A stretch of 64,000 nucleotides of DNA. Origin: Pseudobdellovibrionaceae bacterium (GTDB lineage Bacteria > Bdellovibrionota > Bdellovibrionia > Bdellovibrionales > Bdellovibrionaceae). The notes beneath the pieces are model-generated. The model saw nothing but the letters and a program-made list of their open reading frames with translations. It searched no databases and was not told the DNA's origin. Both the position numbers and the translations under genes were made by a program. The stretch covers positions 32,001 to 96,000 of the forward strand of contig JBDHWW010000002.1 in assembly GCA_039810425.1 (NCBI GenBank). Reading direction: 5' to 3'. Below are positions 59,471-64,000 of the stretch, piece by piece (within the stretch, counting starts at the first letter, position 1; each line of letters opens with the position of its first letter).

Positions 59471-59798
59471 TATTGATATCTTAAAGAAGGCCCTTCTGGA
59501 GGTTAATCCTCGTGTGCGTAAGATAAACTTCACGGCACAAACAGATCTCTTTGAAGAGGGAATTCTGGATTCATACTCCGTGATTCAGCTTGTGAATACT
59601 TTTGAAAAGCGCTTTGGTATTGTCTTTGATTATGCCGATTTGAAGGCGGCGTATTTTAGGAACCTCATAAGTCTTATCGGTATCCTCACGATGAAGTATA
59701 AGCTCAAGGAGGGCAAGAATCCTCCGCCAAATAAGAAGAAAAAGAAAAGAAAGGCCAAAAAAGCCGGGGTCGTCAAAAAGGCTAAAAAGAAGAATTAA
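59454..59798 (+). CDS. Acyl/aminoacyl carrier protein (DltC-like) with Lys-rich tail
   Basis: DLFEEGILDS(40)YSVIQLV...E..FGI phosphopantetheine site; tail PPPNKKKKKRKAKKAGVVKKAKKKN. Confidence 0.85.
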   Translation: MAQKVSIDILKKALLEVNPRVRKINFTAQTDLFEEGILDSYSVIQLVNTFEKRFGIVFDYADLKAAYFRNLISLIGILTMKYKLKEGKNPPPNKKKKKRKAKKAGVVKKAKKKN

Positions 59799-60451
59799 AA
59801 CTTCGTAAATGTTCGATTTAACATCGGATGAGAATCATCTGTCGGCCCGGTATCCGAATCCGGATGAAAGGCGATAATTTTCAATTTTTCGCCGAAAGAA
59901 TTGAATGAGTGAACTAAACCCTCCGGTAAATAGAAGGCCATGCCCGGTTTCAAAGGGAGTTTCTGATTCGGCATCACACACTCCCCTTCACCTTCAAACA
60001 CGACACCAAGACGAACCGTCGGATGAATATGCGGCGTTTGAACCACTTTGGGCGGAAATACTAAAAGGTTGAAAACGGGATCCCCCATACGGGGCGGCGG
60101 AATGATAATTGTTGTGTTGGAATTATCGATGTAACAGAGACGACCACTGTCTTCTACGGGGCCACCTACATGGAGAAGCCCCCGGTATCCGACGCGTTCG
60201 ATGACGATGATTTCGCCATCCCCTTTGATATGAAACGGGCCGGGCGCAGAGAAGTACATGCCACCCTGAAGTGTGACATAGTGTTGCCCCTGGCGCTGCA
60301 ATTCATATTTGCCATTGAGAACGAATCCAAAGTAAGTACTTGTCGGGAGCGCAAAACTCTCATCACAGCGTCCGAAGCCTTTTAAGACACTCGGATACAT
60401 CGTGGCAGACGCATCTAAAACACATCCTTCTTTAACCTGCTTATAAATCAT
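59795..60451 (-). CDS. Cupin-fold protein (tandem cupin-like)
   Basis: QTPHIHPTVR.GVV.EGEG, LKPG..FYLP.G.VHSF metal-binding His set; FHPDSD.GP. Confidence 0.8.
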   Translation of the reverse strand: MIYKQVKEGCVLDASATMYPSVLKGFGRCDESFALPTSTYFGFVLNGKYELQRQGQHYVTLQGGMYFSAPGPFHIKGDGEIIVIERVGYRGLLHVGGPVEDSGRLCYIDNSNTTIIIPPPRMGDPVFNLLVFPPKVVQTPHIHPTVRLGVVFEGEGECVMPNQKLPLKPGMAFYLPEGLVHSFNSFGEKLKIIAFHPDSDTGPTDDSHPMLNRTFTKF

Positions 60452-60540
60452 AGTTGCTCCCCCACTCCTCTACTTTAAAGACTATCTCCCTATTTCCATT
60501 CGCTGTCATGGTCCAATGCATATGGATCCAGACCTAAGTT

Positions 60541-61509
60541 TTAAATCGTCGCCTTCGCTTTCTGCTTCTTATGCATTGTTTTTGGCTTCTTTGTTTCCGC
60601 CTTCATCTTTTCTGCATTTTCTTTTCTATTTTTTTCCATGGCTAAATAGCTTGAGATCATCGGCTTGATTATTTGAAAGCTCTTATTGACGCCATTCGAA
60701 TTTAGCTGCGTCCTCGAACCACCCATAAGATTTTCTGAGCGGAAAAGTTGATAGAACTCCCGCGTAAGTAATTGAAAATTGAAGCCAGAATAAGCCAAAT
60801 ATTCTTTTATCTCTTTTTTATCTACGTTAGCGCCGCTGAAAAATATTTGAGCTACAGAGGAACTCATTTGATTGTCAGGAAATATTTCACGGTTATATCG
60901 TATTCTTTCTGGAGATATAAGAAAGACGACTCGGGCTTTATCTTTCAATAAGAACTGGATAGACCGGAGTGGCACGAAACTTACATCGAGAAAAAATTCC
61001 CTTTTGTCGGTAGCCGAGCCTTCGACATTCCAGCTCGTCTCCAATCTATCCTGTATGAAAATGGCCTTCTTAACGGGCAACAGATAATCTAATCTAGGCA
61101 ACAACACTCGCGACCACGTGGGTTGATTCGTAAAAATTTCATCTTTAGAAAAGACTTCTGCAGTGAGAGGCGTGTCAGGTAAGTTCCTGCTAAAAAGCAC
61201 TTCTTCAAAATCCCTTGCAAACATTCTGGACGGCTGGACATAGAAAATGTAGTCAGGCTGTGACGTCTTTAGACGCTCTTGGAGAAAGAAGTACTGGCTA
61301 AGAGCGAATCCCGGAGATGTCTTTAGCTCCACTTGAACCGGCCTTCCCAAAGACTGTAACAAATAGGATTCCAGGTTGTGCAGGCTCGTTTTGAGTTCTG
61401 GCGTATCAGCACTCCAAATCTCCGGCGCAACAAGCCACACGATCAGTGGCCCGTCATCTGCTTTAGCCTGTAGACATAATAGTACAAGAAAGCTTAAAAC
61501 GTACTTCAA
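60541..61509 (-). CDS. Secreted protein, degenerate SGNH/GDSL-like (DltD/AlgX-like) fold
   Basis: Signal peptide; LGRPVQV....SPG....Q......QPDYIF (block II/III-like); TQLNSNG in the DxxH.N..G position; Lys-rich tail. Confidence 0.45.
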   Translation of the reverse strand: MKYVLSFLVLLCLQAKADDGPLIVWLVAPEIWSADTPELKTSLHNLESYLLQSLGRPVQVELKTSPGFALSQYFFLQERLKTSQPDYIFYVQPSRMFARDFEEVLFSRNLPDTPLTAEVFSKDEIFTNQPTWSRVLLPRLDYLLPVKKAIFIQDRLETSWNVEGSATDKREFFLDVSFVPLRSIQFLLKDKARVVFLISPERIRYNREIFPDNQMSSSVAQIFFSGANVDKKEIKEYLAYSGFNFQLLTREFYQLFRSENLMGGSRTQLNSNGVNKSFQIIKPMISSYLAMEKNRKENAEKMKAETKKPKTMHKKQKAKATI

Positions 61510-62840
61510 TAGAGTTCTCCAGTTTTGACTGCGTGGTTTAATTTATACTGATTTGGATAAAAAAGAACCTTTTGAGCCCAATCTTTCATCCCGTTACGAT
61601 ACCAATAAATGCTCTTATATCCTTTGGATTTTAAGTAAATAGCGGCTTTATACGCACGCCAATCATACTCGTTCTCACCAATGAGAACGATCGTCTTATT
61701 TTTTGGTATGTTGATACTATTCTTATAGCCTTCCTTGTGTCTCCTCAATCCTTTCGCATTCATCCTGCCACGAAAGACCGGCATGGAAAGTGCGTTTCTT
61801 TTTTCGGGGAAAGACATCGCTAATGTTCCCGGCAAAGAGAATTTTTTTTCCAAGCGAACGTCGACTATTGTATTTTTCTTTTTATCCCGCATAAACTCTC
61901 GAACTTGATTTGCCTCGACGACTATTGCCGCATCAGACTTATCCGGCGTTAGACACGGCTTTGCTTTGTCTCCATACTCCGCCATTCCACCGGGAAACCA
62001 ACCTACGTTTCTATACCCCATAGAGACTAGCAGTGTGACCGTGTTATAAGCAGAGTACTCTGCGGGACACCCAGAAATGATATTTACAGGCTCGCCTTTA
62101 TTTGCGGGAAGAGGGTTTTTACTAAACATGATCTTATGTTTTTTCATTTCCTCCGGTGACAAAATCTCAGAGGAAATTCGCATATAGTCAACATACTCAA
62201 GAGCCTTTGCATACTCCAGGGGAACCTTCTTTTTTAAGGTCGCGGGCCGGATATCATATACGTGACTGTTTTTTAAACTCTCCATGAACTCCTTTTTTTT
62301 AAGACTCTTAGCCTCAGGATGCACGCGAGGACTTCCATAAGATTTCAAAGTGTCGGACAAATGATCCGCTATGACAGTTACGGCAATAAGAGGAGCCATA
62401 TCAAGATCGGGACCTTTTCTCCCGGTAAAGTCAGCAATCTTATTTTTAAAATAATTTAACTCTTTTTCAGTCGCCTGGTGTGATTCACGTTTTTTGTACT
62501 CAGCATAGTTAATTTTTTCTACTTTCAGGATTTTAACAGTCCCTCTGTTTGCCCGCCAAAATACCAGGCTTTCTGAATTTTTCGTCTCTACCAACTCAAT
62601 TTTTTGATTAGGCATAAAACATTTATCGGTGTTCACAAAATAGAGCGTTTCTGGCTGGTTCTTAATCACCTTCCAAAATTTGGCACTATTCATGTGTATA
62701 TTTTTTTCCGCTGTTTTCTCTGAGCATGCTACGGCCGTGACGCCCTCCACGGCTGTCTTTTCGGCCGCCACCACAGGCCAGGCCAGTAGTGATAAGGCTA
62801 AAATGAAACAAGCAATATAACCGTTATAATTCACTTCCAT
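61506..62840 (-). CDS. Secreted tandem rhodanese-like domain protein
   Basis: Signal peptide; two repeats: YDIR...SAYN....LVSMGYRNVGWFPGGMAEY and VDVR...RAYKAA.YL.SKGYKSIYWYRNGMKDW. Confidence 0.75.
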   Translation of the reverse strand: MEVNYNGYIACFILALSLLAWPVVAAEKTAVEGVTAVACSEKTAEKNIHMNSAKFWKVIKNQPETLYFVNTDKCFMPNQKIELVETKNSESLVFWRANRGTVKILKVEKINYAEYKKRESHQATEKELNYFKNKIADFTGRKGPDLDMAPLIAVTVIADHLSDTLKSYGSPRVHPEAKSLKKKEFMESLKNSHVYDIRPATLKKKVPLEYAKALEYVDYMRISSEILSPEEMKKHKIMFSKNPLPANKGEPVNIISGCPAEYSAYNTVTLLVSMGYRNVGWFPGGMAEYGDKAKPCLTPDKSDAAIVVEANQVREFMRDKKKNTIVDVRLEKKFSLPGTLAMSFPEKRNALSMPVFRGRMNAKGLRRHKEGYKNSINIPKNKTIVLIGENEYDWRAYKAAIYLKSKGYKSIYWYRNGMKDWAQKVLFYPNQYKLNHAVKTGELY

Positions 62841-64000
62841 CGAACAAGCCCCCCAGACGTATCGAGTGAAAAAATAATTTCGCCATTGTTAATCCAAGGA
62901 ACAGAACTCAAACGGTCTCCGAGATTAATCCGCCTTTTAATGGTCCCTTTTAAAGAATTAAAAATACATAGTTCTCTTTCAAAACAATTTGCCAGAAGCT
63001 CCTCCTGCTGATTTTTCCCTTTTTTTTCTACAAGCAATACCGGGCTTGAGAAAAAAACTCCGCTTCCTTGATGCCGCCACAGTTCTTTTCCGTTCGAGAA
63101 GTCAAGGGCTATGGTTCTTCCAGAAGACGTGCTAATGTAGACAGCATTCGCTTTTTTTGACCATGTCGGCGAGCTTTGACAAGCGCCTTCTAAAGGCGAA
63201 TTCCAAAGGAGCTCACCCGTAGCTGCCTTCACCTTATAGATATTCTTGTCCCAAGAGCAGAAGACCACCGAACCATCAGCGACCATGGGTGTGCCCTTAA
63301 TCGCCAGTCCAATGGGGTACCGCCATGCAAACTTCCCGGTCACCACATCTAACGCGTTTAAATAGCCATTGTTCGAGCCCACAAAGACCAGCCTGCCGTC
63401 TTCTGAAAGTGCGGGCGACGAATGCGCCTGATCTCCAAAGAAGGGACTCTTCCACTGAAGCTCTCCTGTGGCGGCGTCAATTTTGGCAATAAAGCCGTCC
63501 GGTGGTGAAAAGGTCTCTACAGCAACGTAGATTGAACCTCGATCATATAAAGGCGAAGATCCAATAGTCTGGCCCAGAGGTAATAGCCAATTGAGTTCAC
63601 CTGACTCTTTATTAGCTGAATAAAGCATGCCGTCGTAGTCACCCCAATAAACTGAGTTTCCCGCTATAAGCCCGCTGCCGTGGATTCCTTTGTCCGCTGA
63701 TGTCGTCCACCGCCAAATTTCCCTTCCTGACATATCTATCGCAGAGAAATAGCCCTGATCAGAACCAGCAAAGATCTTAGTGCCGTCTGATATCGGAGAA
63801 CTTTTACTCGCTGTATGCCGTGAATCATTCCAATTTGGTTTGCGCCATATAGGTCGGCTCATCGGATGAATTAGCTCCTTAGTCTGGACAACTCCAGTAC
63901 GTTGAGCATCTTCACGATACATCACCGTCCTCTGCGAAGAATCCAATTTCGCACTTTGATAGCGCCATGGAGTGATTTCAGCCGAGCCATTCTTATTTGT
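62831..64000 (-). CDS. PQQ/BamB-type beta-propeller protein (5' end beyond window)
   Basis: Repeated SSP...G.DG.L.A.D..TG...W blades; frame open to position 64000. Confidence 0.85.
   Translation of the reverse strand, partial: TNKNGSAEITPWRYQSAKLDSSQRTVMYREDAQRTGVVQTKELIHPMSRPIWRKPNWNDSRHTASKSSPISDGTKIFAGSDQGYFSAIDMSGREIWRWTTSADKGIHGSGLIAGNSVYWGDYDGMLYSANKESGELNWLLPLGQTIGSSPLYDRGSIYVAVETFSPPDGFIAKIDAATGELQWKSPFFGDQAHSSPALSEDGRLVFVGSNNGYLNALDVVTGKFAWRYPIGLAIKGTPMVADGSVVFCSWDKNIYKVKAATGELLWNSPLEGACQSSPTWSKKANAVYISTSSGRTIALDFSNGKELWRHQGSGVFFSSPVLLVEKKGKNQQEELLANCFERELCIFNSLKGTIKRRINLGDRLSSVPWINNGEIIFSLDTSGGLVRWK

Noticed and set aside
54066..60540. Lasso peptide / RiPP cluster, suggested by the cyclase-like B and B'
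   Set aside because: No precursor-like short ORF, B2 transglutaminase-like protease or PqqD/RRE recognised in the window; an ACP and a Cmo fusion are not lasso components.
1..64000. CRISPR arrays, tRNA/rRNA, IS elements, integrases, prophage structural genes
   Set aside because: No regularly spaced repeats, cloverleaf/rRNA signatures, or transposase, integrase, capsid or terminase motifs seen.

Overview
Bacterial chromosomal segment, most likely from a Bdellovibrionota (Bdellovibrio-like) predator. This is inferred from gene content: a GYF_2-PilZ protein, a REC-GGDEF with the Hypr serine, and many secreted orphan proteins. The first ~51 kb is mostly core or ordinary accessory genes: peptide ABC transporter parts, trxB, dbpA, a BigR/persulfide-dioxygenase/YeeE/TauE sulfide-detox operon, trmB, leuS, speA/speB, a zinc-free DksA, a PBP, xth, ahpC, a leucine-catabolism (liu) operon, rnpB and tfoX. 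From ~51.9 kb to the window end is an unusual, visibly more AT-rich cluster that runs off the window. It encodes a degenerate MBOAT, DAHP synthase, chorismate mutase, a CmoB-like/CmoA-like fusion, two glutaminase-less AsnB-like PP-loop paralogs flanked by two paralogous unknown proteins (A-B-B'-A'), a DltC-like carrier protein with a poly-Lys tail, a cupin, a degenerate SGNH-like secreted protein, a secreted tandem rhodanese and a PQQ-type beta-propeller. This cluster is the best candidate for an undescribed system: prephenate-fed carboxy-SAM carboxymethylation coupled to ATP-dependent acyl activation and Dlt-like export. All calls come from motif recognition by eye; no searches were run. No CRISPR array, tRNA, rRNA, integrase or transposase was seen.
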